A stretch of 64,000 bases of DNA from Clostridia bacterium (GTDB lineage Bacteria > Bacillota > Clostridia > Christensenellales > Aristaeellaceae), in NCBI GenBank assembly GCA_017550035.1, contig JAFYLS010000079.1, forward strand, positions 1,925 to 65,924, read 5' to 3'. How positions within the stretch are numbered: the stretch's first letter is position 1; every line of letters begins with the position of its first letter. Position numbers and translations under genes: made by a program. Shown one piece after another: positions 35,954-44,994 of this stretch. The notes under the pieces were generated by a model. The model worked only from the letters and a program-made list of their open reading frames with translations, was not told the origin of the DNA and did not search any database.

Positions 35954-36892
35954 ATGAAATCTTTGGCCGCAAACTACATAACGATGAAGCGTGAAAGGCT
36001 GCATTATGACTGGGAAAAAGCCAAGCGCATGAAGATGTGCTACCTGTTCCTGCTGCCGTATGCGCTCCTGTTCTTCACGTTCTTCATTCTGCCCATTGCT
36101 TCTTCCATCTACTTCAGCTTCACCAACTACAACATTCTGGAACCTCCGAAGTTCATTGGTCTGCAGAACTACATCAATCTGGTTCTGCAGGATGAAGTAT
36201 TCCTGACGGCTGTGAGAAACACGCTGGTCATCGCTGTCATCACGGGCCCTGTGGGCTATATTCTGTCTTTCCTGTTTGCGTGGTTCATCAATGAACTGCC
36301 CCGCTGGCTGCGTACGTTGGCTGTTGTGGTCTTCTACGCGCCCTCCATCGCGGGCAACGCTTTCTACATTTTCTCCATTATCTTCCGAGGAGATGTGTAC
36401 GGCTACCTGAACTCCATTCTGGTGGAGCTGGCGCTGATTGATGCACCCAAACTGTGGCTGCTGGATCCCAATCTGATGATGCCCGTTATCATCATCGTCA
36501 TTTTGTGGATGAGCATGGGCACCGGCTTCCTTTCCTTTGTTGCCGGCCTGCAGGGTGTGGACCGGAGCATGTATGAAGCCGGCTATGTGGACGGCATCCG
36601 CAACCGCTGGCAGGAACTGTACTACATCACGCTGCCCAGCATGAAGCCCATGCTGCTCTTCGGCGCCGTGATGAGCATCACTTCTGCATTCAACGTGTGC
36701 GATGTTCCCCGTGCGCTGGCCGGTTATCCCAGTACGGACTATGCGGCCCGCACCATCGTTACGCACTTGTTTGACTACGGTTTTTCCCGTTTCGAAATGG
36801 GCTATGCATCGGCCATTGCAACAGTTCTGTTCCTGCTGATGATCCTGTGCAATAAGGCCATTCAATCCATGCTGAGAAAGGTGGGCACTTAA
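35954..36892 (+). CDS. CUT1 ABC permease (MalF-type)
   Basis: 312 aa. The EAA loop is MYEAGYVDGIRNRWQELYYITLP. Confidence 0.88.
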   Translation: MKSLAANYITMKRERLHYDWEKAKRMKMCYLFLLPYALLFFTFFILPIASSIYFSFTNYNILEPPKFIGLQNYINLVLQDEVFLTAVRNTLVIAVITGPVGYILSFLFAWFINELPRWLRTLAVVVFYAPSIAGNAFYIFSIIFRGDVYGYLNSILVELALIDAPKLWLLDPNLMMPVIIIVILWMSMGTGFLSFVAGLQGVDRSMYEAGYVDGIRNRWQELYYITLPSMKPMLLFGAVMSITSAFNVCDVPRALAGYPSTDYAARTIVTHLFDYGFSRFEMGYASAIATVLFLLMILCNKAIQSMLRKVGT

Positions 36893-36894
36893 GT

Positions 36895-38073
36895 ATGAGT
36901 ATGAATCCAACTCCTTATAAGCCTGCCAAGAGAACCCGGGGCGACATTCTGCATGAGCAGATGGTGCTGCGCGGCGAAATCGTGGAAAATAAAGAACCGG
37001 TAAGCCATAAGAAGTTTATCATCATTTCTTCAATCATTATGGCGCTGCTCATTGCAGTAGTAGTGGTTTCCTTCGTGCGTGTGGATGCTGTGGAATCGGC
37101 AGCATTGCAGGGACTGGAACTGCCAAAGGATGCAGCCTATGCTTCCATTTACATGGTGGGCAAGGTGGCAGGTATTGTGATTGGCGCAGGCTATCTGTTC
37201 TTCGCGCTGATTCATGTGCTGGCCCCCAAACGCCGCAAGCCCAACCGCAGCTTCTGGGGCGATCTGGGCATTTACCTGATGCTGGCAATCGTAGCTGTTG
37301 CCATGGCATTTCCGCTGGTTTTCTCCATCGCTTCTTCTCTGAAGCCGCTGGATGAACTGTTCCGCTTCCCGCCCAAGGTGTTTCCGCAGCATGTTACGCT
37401 GGATAACTTCAGCGATTTGTTTGTAACCTTGAGCCAGAGCTATGTGCCCTTCTCCCGTTATCTGGTGAATACCGTATTTATCACCTTTGTGGGTACCTTT
37501 GGGCATCTGTTCATTGCTTCCATGGCGGCATTCGTGCTGGCAAAGTATGATTTCCCCGGCGGAAAAACCTTCTTTAGTATCGTTGTCACGGCTCTGATGT
37601 TCTCCGGTTATGTAACAGGCATTCCCAACTATGTCATCATGAGCAAACTGAAGATGATCGATACCTACTGGGCAGTCATTCTTCCTGCGTTCGCGGCCCC
37701 CATTGGTCTGTTCCTGATGAAGCAGTTTATGGAAGGTCTGCCGGATGCGCTGATTGAAGCGGCTCATCTGGACGGCGCCAGTGAAATGCGTATCTTCTGG
37801 AGCATTGTGATGCCGAATGTGAAGCCTGCGTGGCTGACCATTATCATCTTCTCCGTGCAGAGTCTGTGGAACACTAACGCTGCAACGGTCATTTATTCCG
37901 AAAGCAAAAAAACGCTGGTCTATGCGCTGCAGCAGATTCAGGCGGGCGGCGTCGCCCGTGCCGGTCAGGCTGCGGCGGTCACGGTCATCGTGATGCTGGT
38001 TCCCATTACCATTTTCGTTCTGTCTCAGAGCAACATTCTGGAGACTATGGCCAGTTCCGGTCTGAAGGATTGA
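36895..38073 (+). CDS. CUT1 ABC permease (MalG-type) with an N-terminal extension of about 115 aa
   Basis: The EAA loop is LIEAAHLDGASEMRIFWSIVMP. The extra N-terminal region contains two additional hydrophobic segments. Confidence 0.85.
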   Translation: MSMNPTPYKPAKRTRGDILHEQMVLRGEIVENKEPVSHKKFIIISSIIMALLIAVVVVSFVRVDAVESAALQGLELPKDAAYASIYMVGKVAGIVIGAGYLFFALIHVLAPKRRKPNRSFWGDLGIYLMLAIVAVAMAFPLVFSIASSLKPLDELFRFPPKVFPQHVTLDNFSDLFVTLSQSYVPFSRYLVNTVFITFVGTFGHLFIASMAAFVLAKYDFPGGKTFFSIVVTALMFSGYVTGIPNYVIMSKLKMIDTYWAVILPAFAAPIGLFLMKQFMEGLPDALIEAAHLDGASEMRIFWSIVMPNVKPAWLTIIIFSVQSLWNTNAATVIYSESKKTLVYALQQIQAGGVARAGQAAAVTVIVMLVPITIFVLSQSNILETMASSGLKD

Positions 38074-38117
38074 CGAAAGACAGGGTGGGACACATCAAGA
38101 AAGGTGGGAGGATGACC

Positions 38118-39629
38118 ATGAAAACAGCAATCAGGCTAACTGCATTGGTGCTTATACTTGCGCTGCTGCTGCCTGTGGGAATGGCTTTTGCCAGTACAGA
38201 CGGTCACAACAGCATATATACCTATAACTACGACTATTGGGATGACTACAAGGAAACGCCGGACGCATACCGTGTGGATCAGGTGCTTTACAGCTCCACT
38301 CTGGAACTGGAAACGCCCATGCGCCGTCCTCAGAGCCTGTATGTACGCGATGAGGAAATCTTTGTATGTGATACCGGTAACAACCGTATACTGCAGATCC
38401 ACCGTGATGGAGATGCATATACGCTGGTTCGTATCATTGACAAGATCGCGGGTGCAACGCCTGAAACCTTCAGCGCGCCCAGTGATGTGTTTGTGGATGA
38501 AGACGGTAACTTTTACATTGCCGATACCAACAATAACCGCGTGGTGAAAGCAGATAAAGACCTGAACTTTGTGCTGGCTTTCACGCAGCCTCAGGATGCT
38601 ACGTTTGATCAGAACCTGAGCTTCCTTCCGGATAAAATCGTGGTGGACGTGTCCGGGCGCGTGTATGTGCTGGCAACCAATGTGAACAAGGGTCTTGTGA
38701 AGTTCGAAAATGACGGTACTTTTACCGGCTTCATTGGTGCAAATCCCGTTGTGTATACCATGTGGGATTACATCTGGAAGAACTTTTTCACTACCAAAGC
38801 GCAGCGTGCGCAGCAGGCGTCCTTTGTTCCTACGGAATATGAAAACATCTGCATCGATAACGAAGGTTTCATATATGCCACTAACATCGTGTTCAGCGAA
38901 TATGACTTGATCTGGGATAATGCCAAGCCTATCCGCAAACTGAACAGCATTGGCAATGATATTCTGGTTAAGAATGACTGGTATCCGCCTATCGGCGATT
39001 TGCACTGGGTGGAACAGAGTCAGGAATACGGTCCTTCCAAGTTTGCCGATATTACCGTGTTTGACAATGACATCTATGTTGCCTTTGATAAAACCCGCGG
39101 CAGATTGTTTGGCTACGATCCGCAGGGCATCATGCTGTGGGCATTTGGCACCAAGGGCAACAGCGACGGCGCATTCCTTTCGGCCGCATCCATTGAAAGC
39201 ATGGGTTTTGATCTGTTTGCACTGGACGAAAACGAATGCTCTATCACCGTGTTTACCCCTACCGAATACGGCAGCCTGATCTATCTTGCCAGCGATCAGT
39301 ATCTCCGCGGTGAATATGATGAATCGGCTGATACCTGGCGGGAAGTGCTTCGTCTCAATGCCAACTACAATCTCGCCTTTATTGGCATTGGCCGCGCGCT
39401 GATGCGTCAGGAAAACTACAAAGAGGCGATGGACTATTTCAAAATGGCCTATGACCATGAGAACTACGGCCGTGCATACCGCTATTACCGCAAGGAACTG
39501 GTCGAGGAGAACATTGTGTGGGCAGTAGCTGCAATTGTGATTGTGCTGGTTGTTCCGCTGGTTGTGCTCCAGGTGAAGAAAATGAAGATGGAGGTGGAAG
39601 CGTATGAGCGTCAAAAAGTTATCAAGTAA
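38118..39629 (+). CDS. secreted NHL-repeat beta-propeller protein with a TPR-like segment and a C-terminal TM anchor
   Basis: The signal peptide is MKTAIRLTALVLILALLLPVGMAFAS. NHL-type repeats are VCDTGNNRILQI and IADTNNNRVVKAD. The TPR-like segment is NYKEAMDYFKMAYD. The C-terminal TM is VWAVAAIVIVLVVPLVVL. Confidence 0.7.
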   Translation: MKTAIRLTALVLILALLLPVGMAFASTDGHNSIYTYNYDYWDDYKETPDAYRVDQVLYSSTLELETPMRRPQSLYVRDEEIFVCDTGNNRILQIHRDGDAYTLVRIIDKIAGATPETFSAPSDVFVDEDGNFYIADTNNNRVVKADKDLNFVLAFTQPQDATFDQNLSFLPDKIVVDVSGRVYVLATNVNKGLVKFENDGTFTGFIGANPVVYTMWDYIWKNFFTTKAQRAQQASFVPTEYENICIDNEGFIYATNIVFSEYDLIWDNAKPIRKLNSIGNDILVKNDWYPPIGDLHWVEQSQEYGPSKFADITVFDNDIYVAFDKTRGRLFGYDPQGIMLWAFGTKGNSDGAFLSAASIESMGFDLFALDENECSITVFTPTEYGSLIYLASDQYLRGEYDESADTWREVLRLNANYNLAFIGIGRALMRQENYKEAMDYFKMAYDHENYGRAYRYYRKELVEENIVWAVAAIVIVLVVPLVVLQVKKMKMEVEAYERQKVIK

Positions 39630-40281
39630 AACCAAGACGCCCCATCCTGCGTGGCAGAGATACAAGGATTCAGTCAAATATGCCAAACATGTGATCTTCC
39701 ATCCCTTCGACGGTTTCTGGGACCTTTCCCGTGAGAACCGCGGTTCATTGGCGGCAGCCCATACTTTTCTGGCTCTGTTTTTGATGACCCGCGTACTTAA
39801 ACTGTTGTATACCAATTTCCAGTTCATCAATGCCCCGATTCAGTATATCAACATCTATGAGCAGTGTGCTTCGCTGCTGCTGCCGTTCCTGGTGCTGTGT
39901 CTTGCAAACTGGAGCCTTTCTACATTGTTTGACGGAAAGGGCCGCTTCCTAGATATATATATGGCCATGTGCTATGCACTGGTGCCTTATATCATCATTC
40001 AGCTGCCGCTGATTTTCATCAGCCACATGATTTCTTTTGACGAAGCGTCCTATTACACGGTGCTGATGAGTGCAAGCGTGGTCTGGTCCCTGTTCCTGGT
40101 CTTTGCCGGTCTGATGCAGGTGCATGATTATGGCCCCGGAAAAACTATCATCTTCGTGATTGCCACCGTGTTTGGTGCGCTGGTCATCTTGTTCCTGGTT
40201 CTGGTGTTCTTCAGCCTGCTGAGCGATGCGCTGGGATATTTCGTGTCTCTGTACCGCGAGATTGTTTTCAGGCTTCATTAA
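39604..40281 (+). CDS. Yip1-domain polytopic membrane protein
   Basis: 225 aa and 5 TM segments. The N-terminal HPFDGFWDL... is typical of bacterial YIP1-family proteins. Overlaps the upstream gene by 26 nt. Confidence 0.65.
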   Translation: MSVKKLSSKTKTPHPAWQRYKDSVKYAKHVIFHPFDGFWDLSRENRGSLAAAHTFLALFLMTRVLKLLYTNFQFINAPIQYINIYEQCASLLLPFLVLCLANWSLSTLFDGKGRFLDIYMAMCYALVPYIIIQLPLIFISHMISFDEASYYTVLMSASVVWSLFLVFAGLMQVHDYGPGKTIIFVIATVFGALVILFLVLVFFSLLSDALGYFVSLYREIVFRLH

Positions 40282-40296
40282 GGAGGGGAGAGTAAG

Positions 40297-42870
40297 ATGA
40301 GAAAGAAAAAATCCCTTTTTCGTAAACTGCTTCCCTGGATGATTTCTGCTGCATTGATTGCCGCGCTGGTGATTTTTGTGGGGATTCCGCTGTATGCGCC
40401 TCAGGAAACAGTGAACCTTGCAGAAGCGGAAGTCTTCTATTACGAGGGCGATAAGAAGGCTCTGACCCTGGAAAACGATAAACTGCTGTTTGAAATGGAT
40501 CCCACAACGACCTATTTCAAACTGACGGAAAAGGAATCCGGTCGTGTGTGGCTGTCCAACCCGGAAAATGCAGCCAAGGATAAAGTTGCTGTTTCCGCCA
40601 ATAAGGGCATGCTGCAAAGCACGCTGGCCATGACCTATTCTTCTTCCAATGGTGTAATTGAGTACAACAACTACCAGTATTCCATCGAGAATGGCAACTA
40701 CCGCATTGAGCAGCTGGAAGATGGGATTCGGGTAGAATACGCCATTGGTAAGATTGAGAAGATTTACATGCTGCCTCAGGCTATCACCGTGGAACGCATG
40801 AATCTGTTCGTGGACGCCATGAGCAGCAAAGATGCCAAGAAAGCCAAAACGGTGTATACCCTGATGAAGCCGGATAAGGTGCAGGAACGTGACGACAAGG
40901 ATGAACTGCTTGCGCTGTATCCGGAACTGGCAAATCAGGAACTGTACATTCTCAAGAGCGATACCAAGGAAAGCAACAAGGAAAAGATTGCCGAAAGCTT
41001 TATTGCAGCCGGTTATACACAGGAAGAGTATGATACCGATATGCAGCTGGTAGCGGGCGCTGCCAAAATAGAACAGGCGATCTTCAACGTGACGGTGGAC
41101 TATAAGCTGGATGGGGGAGATCTCATTGTAGAAGTTCCCTATCAGGAAATGCGCTATCCTGCAGATAACCCCATTACACATGTGACGGTGCTGCCTATGT
41201 TCAACGCAGCCGCAACGGACGAAGAAGGTTTCATGTTCGTACCTGAAGGCGGCGGCGCCATCATCCGTTACAACAATGGCAAACTGTCTCAGAACAGTTA
41301 TTTCGCCAATATGTATGGATGGGACTGGGGTTCTGAACGAACCGAAGTGGTGCATGAAACCAAGAACGTTTTCCCTGTTTTCGGCATGAGCCGTGCGGAT
41401 GGATCCTTTATCTGCATTGTGGAAGGCGCTCAGTCCTATGCAGGCGTGATGGCGGATATTTCCATGCGCTACAACAGTTATAACTGGGCATGCGTGAAAT
41501 ACAATGTCATTCACAGTGACCGTTATAATGTTTCTGCCAAAACGGAACGTCTGCTCTACATGTTTGAAAAGGAAATGCCGGATGTAACCATTGCACAGCG
41601 CTACCGCTTCCTGGACAGCAATGATTATGTAGGCATGGCCGCTGCGTATGGTGAATACCTTCGTGAAACGCATCCTGAACTTGTGCTGAATGGCGCTGCA
41701 GAAGAAGTTCCCGTTTCTGTGGAGCTGGTGGGCGCTATTGACAAGACGGTTGTCAAGTTCGGTCTTCCTGTGGATTCCGTGGTTCCTGTGACAACTTTTG
41801 AAGATGCGCAGGTTATTCTGGATGATCTCAAGGATCATGGTGTACGCAACCTGAATGTCCGATTCAGCGGATGGATGAACGGCGGCGTTAGCCAGAAGGT
41901 TCTGAGCAATGTGAAAGTGCAGCGTCAGTTGGGCGGCATGGCGGATATGAAAAAGCTGATTGCCTATGCCAAGGAAGAAAACATTCCACTGTACTTTGAT
42001 GGGATTAGCTGCTTTGCCTACCGCAGCGGTATTCTGCAGGGCTTCCTGCCTTACCGCGATGCAGCAAGACTGACTACCCGCGAACAGATTAAGCTCTATC
42101 CCTATTCTGCAGTAACCTTCATTCCTGCGGAATACATGGATGCGTATTATCTGGTGCAGCCGGGTTACGCGCATGAAAAAGCTGCAAATCTTCTTGAGGC
42201 ACTGGATGAAACGGACGCCTATGGCGTTGCATTCCGCGATATCGGCAGTGTTCTCAGCGCGGATTACAACCCCAAAAAGACTGTGACCCGCGAAGAAGTG
42301 AAAGCGATGAATCTGGAAACCGTTGCGAAGGCCCATGAAAACGGCCAGAAGGTGATGGTGAAGGAAGGTTTCGATTTCGTACTGCCTTATGCGGATCTGA
42401 TTACGGACATGGATCTGGATGGAACCAACTACTCTATCCTGGATGAAACCGTGCCCTTCTATCAGATTGCCATGCACGGCATGGTGGATTACACGGGCGC
42501 TGCCATCAACCTGGCTCCTGACTGGCTGGAAGAAGTGCTGCGCTGTGCCGAATACGGCGCCGGTCTCAACTTCACGTTCATGCAGGAAGATGGCAAGATC
42601 GTTCAGGAAACCGATTATTCCGGACTTTTCGGTGCGGAATATGAAGGCTGGAAGGAAAAGGCACTGGATATTATCCGGAAATATCAGGATGATATGCAGG
42701 GTCTGAATCAACTGAGAATTGTTGGCCATGAACAGCCGGCACACCGTGTTACCGTGACCGAATACGAAAACGGCACCCGGGTGTATGTGAACTACAGCAA
42801 TGCGGACTATACGGAAGGTGAAATCACCGTTCCTGCCCGCAGCTACATCGTCGCAGGGAGGGATCAGTAA
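40297..42870 (+). CDS. 857-aa N-terminally TM-anchored extracellular protein, DUF5696-like (putative novel glycan-active enzyme)
   Basis: The TM helix is LLPWMISAALIAALVIFVGIPL. No CAZy catalytic motif was recognised by eye. The DUF5696 assignment is from memory of the gene neighbourhood (Yip1 + DUF5696 next to ABC permeases in Firmicutes). Confidence 0.5.
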   Translation: MRKKKSLFRKLLPWMISAALIAALVIFVGIPLYAPQETVNLAEAEVFYYEGDKKALTLENDKLLFEMDPTTTYFKLTEKESGRVWLSNPENAAKDKVAVSANKGMLQSTLAMTYSSSNGVIEYNNYQYSIENGNYRIEQLEDGIRVEYAIGKIEKIYMLPQAITVERMNLFVDAMSSKDAKKAKTVYTLMKPDKVQERDDKDELLALYPELANQELYILKSDTKESNKEKIAESFIAAGYTQEEYDTDMQLVAGAAKIEQAIFNVTVDYKLDGGDLIVEVPYQEMRYPADNPITHVTVLPMFNAAATDEEGFMFVPEGGGAIIRYNNGKLSQNSYFANMYGWDWGSERTEVVHETKNVFPVFGMSRADGSFICIVEGAQSYAGVMADISMRYNSYNWACVKYNVIHSDRYNVSAKTERLLYMFEKEMPDVTIAQRYRFLDSNDYVGMAAAYGEYLRETHPELVLNGAAEEVPVSVELVGAIDKTVVKFGLPVDSVVPVTTFEDAQVILDDLKDHGVRNLNVRFSGWMNGGVSQKVLSNVKVQRQLGGMADMKKLIAYAKEENIPLYFDGISCFAYRSGILQGFLPYRDAARLTTREQIKLYPYSAVTFIPAEYMDAYYLVQPGYAHEKAANLLEALDETDAYGVAFRDIGSVLSADYNPKKTVTREEVKAMNLETVAKAHENGQKVMVKEGFDFVLPYADLITDMDLDGTNYSILDETVPFYQIAMHGMVDYTGAAINLAPDWLEEVLRCAEYGAGLNFTFMQEDGKIVQETDYSGLFGAEYEGWKEKALDIIRKYQDDMQGLNQLRIVGHEQPAHRVTVTEYENGTRVYVNYSNADYTEGEITVPARSYIVAGRDQ

Positions 42871-43856
42871 TGGCAAAACAGAAAAGCTTGAATCCCCGCC
42901 GTGAACGCTGGGGGCTGAAGGAATCTGTGCTGACCTTCATTCCCGGCAACGCGACCTACCGTACCATGCGCGCGCGCAATGCGCGTCAGGGCGTACTGTT
43001 CATCCTGCCGCTCATCATCGGTTTCCTGGTCTTTATGGCCAAGCCGCTGGTGGAATCGCTGCTGATGAGTATGAGCAACGTGCAGATCAAGATGGGTGAG
43101 GGGTATACCCGCACCTTTACCGGTATTCTGAATTATGAATACGCGCTGACGGTAGATCCCTACTTTAACCAGCGTCTGGTGGAAGAAATCGGACGAATGG
43201 GTTTGAATGCCATTGCCACGCTGGTTATGTCCTTCGTGGTTGCTGTAATCCTCAATCAGGAATTTAAGGGCCGCGCCCTGGCACGCGCCATCTTCTTCCT
43301 GCCCGTGATTCTTTCTTCCGGCGTTCTGCCCGGCATAGAATCCCAGAATGAGTTCTATAATATGATGCAGGGTATCTCCGACGAGATCGCCAATCAGTCC
43401 GGTGTGAACCTGTCTGCGTCCCTGCAGCAACTGCTTCAGGTATCCGGTATGGGCAGCGGTGTGTTTGATATCCTGTTTGACATGATCGATTCTATTTACG
43501 ATATCGTCATGGCCAGCGGTATTCAAATCATCGTGTTCCTCAGCGGTCTGCAGAGCATTTCTCCTTCCCTGTATGAAGCGGCGGATATCGAAGGCTGCAC
43601 CGCTTGGGAATCCTTCTGGAAAATCACGTTCCCCATCGTCAGCCCGCTGCTCTTGGTCAACTGCATATACACCATTATCGACTTCTTTATGAAGAACGAT
43701 AACAAGGTGATGGAACGAATCAATGAAGTGATGTACAGCCAGTTCCGCTTTGGCGAAAGTGCCGCCATGAGCTGGATTTACTTTGGTGTTGCTCTGGCGT
43801 TCATCGGCATTGGCTCCTTCATCATTACCAGGGGGGTGCAATATTATGAAGACTAA
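42870..43856 (+). CDS. CUT1 ABC permease (MalF-type), second importer
   Basis: The EAA loop is LYEAADIEGCTAWESFWKITFP. The ATG overlaps the upstream TAA (TAATG). Confidence 0.88.
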   Translation: MAKQKSLNPRRERWGLKESVLTFIPGNATYRTMRARNARQGVLFILPLIIGFLVFMAKPLVESLLMSMSNVQIKMGEGYTRTFTGILNYEYALTVDPYFNQRLVEEIGRMGLNAIATLVMSFVVAVILNQEFKGRALARAIFFLPVILSSGVLPGIESQNEFYNMMQGISDEIANQSGVNLSASLQQLLQVSGMGSGVFDILFDMIDSIYDIVMASGIQIIVFLSGLQSISPSLYEAADIEGCTAWESFWKITFPIVSPLLLVNCIYTIIDFFMKNDNKVMERINEVMYSQFRFGESAAMSWIYFGVALAFIGIGSFIITRGVQYYED

Positions 43857-44853
43857 TACTGCACACACTGTGAAGCACAGAGATTTCTGGGAGGCCAACC
43901 GCCAGTCGGGCGGTTACCTGCTGAAAGCCAGAATAGGGAAGGCGGCTGTGTCCATCGGCCGTGCGCTGCTGTTGTTTGGTTTGTGCTTCATGATCATTCA
44001 GCCTATGCTGACCCGTTTCGGAACCAGTCTGATGGCGGAAAACGACCTGTACGATTCTACGATCGTGCTGGTTCCCCGCAATCCTACGCTGGATAACTAC
44101 CGAATCGTAGGTATCTTGACCGGTATGCCCAAGTCCATGCTGAACACCCTGTGGACGTCGCTGATGGTATCCGTGCTGCAGGTGTGTTCCTGCACATTGG
44201 TGGCGTATGGTTTTGCCCGCTTCAACTTCCCGTTGAAGAAAATGTGGTTTGCCTGCGTGATCGCATTGATCATCATCCCGCCGCAGACCATTGCCACTTC
44301 GCTGTACATGTTCTTTGCCAACTTTGATATACTGGGTATATTCAAAGCGCTGACCGGTAAAAAACTGGCACTGCACGGCTCCATCTGGCCTTACGCCATG
44401 ATGAGCTTGACCTGCATGGGTCTCAAGAACGGTCTGTATATCTTCATGCTGCGTCAGTACTTCATGGGTATTCCCAAGTCGCTGGAAGAAGCTGCCTACG
44501 TGGACGGCTGCAGCACCATGCATACCTTCGTGAAGATCATGCTGCCGGACGCTGTGCCCACCATTACCAGCTGCTTCCTGTTCTCCTTTGTGTGGCAGTG
44601 GACCGACCTGTTCTACAGCCGTAACTTCCTCAGCGGTTACGGCGTGTATTCCGTGCAGCTGTCCTCCATCGTTTCCCGAATGAACCGTTTCTTCTCTGCA
44701 GATGCCAATACGCCCGTTATTACGCCTGTCGGACGTCAGCAACAGCTGATTTCCATCGGCGTACTGATTTGCTGTATTCCGCTGATCATTCTGTATCTGT
44801 TTGCACAGAAGACCTTTGTAAAGAGCATCGTCATGTCCGGTTCCAAAGAATAA
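43846..44853 (+). CDS. CUT1 ABC permease (MalG-type), second importer
   Basis: The EAA loop is LEEAAYVDGCSTMHTFVKIMLP. ATG 43846 overlaps the upstream gene by 11 nt. Confidence 0.85.
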   Translation: MKTNTAHTVKHRDFWEANRQSGGYLLKARIGKAAVSIGRALLLFGLCFMIIQPMLTRFGTSLMAENDLYDSTIVLVPRNPTLDNYRIVGILTGMPKSMLNTLWTSLMVSVLQVCSCTLVAYGFARFNFPLKKMWFACVIALIIIPPQTIATSLYMFFANFDILGIFKALTGKKLALHGSIWPYAMMSLTCMGLKNGLYIFMLRQYFMGIPKSLEEAAYVDGCSTMHTFVKIMLPDAVPTITSCFLFSFVWQWTDLFYSRNFLSGYGVYSVQLSSIVSRMNRFFSADANTPVITPVGRQQQLISIGVLICCIPLIILYLFAQKTFVKSIVMSGSKE

Positions 44854-44866
44854 TTGGAATTTGTAC

Positions 44867-44895
44867 TTGCATCTTTATTCAGGGTGTGGTATAAT
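44867..44895 (+). promoter_or_regulatory. internal extended -10 promoter for the second SBP gene
   Basis: TTGCAT (44867-44872), 17 nt, TGgTATAAT (44887-44895). Confidence 0.6.
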
Positions 44896-44994
44896 CTGGG
44901 TAACGTCAATTGTATCCCATCGAATCTGTATGTGCTTCCCGCTCGTTCCTATGGGGAAGTGCATGTGGAAATATATTTTCAGGAGGAACCCGTA

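Noticed and set aside
39949-42876. 975-aa minus-strand ORF, and similar long antisense ORFs at 34898-36910, 38136-39830, 44875-46194, 47040-48584, 49947-51197, 14929-16434, 25915-27165, 57286-58476 and 60342-61367
   Set aside because: All lie exactly opposite well-supported genes with strong codon bias (few antisense stops). Their translations are His/Arg/Gly/Val-rich nonsense with no motifs, so I treat them as shadow ORFs.
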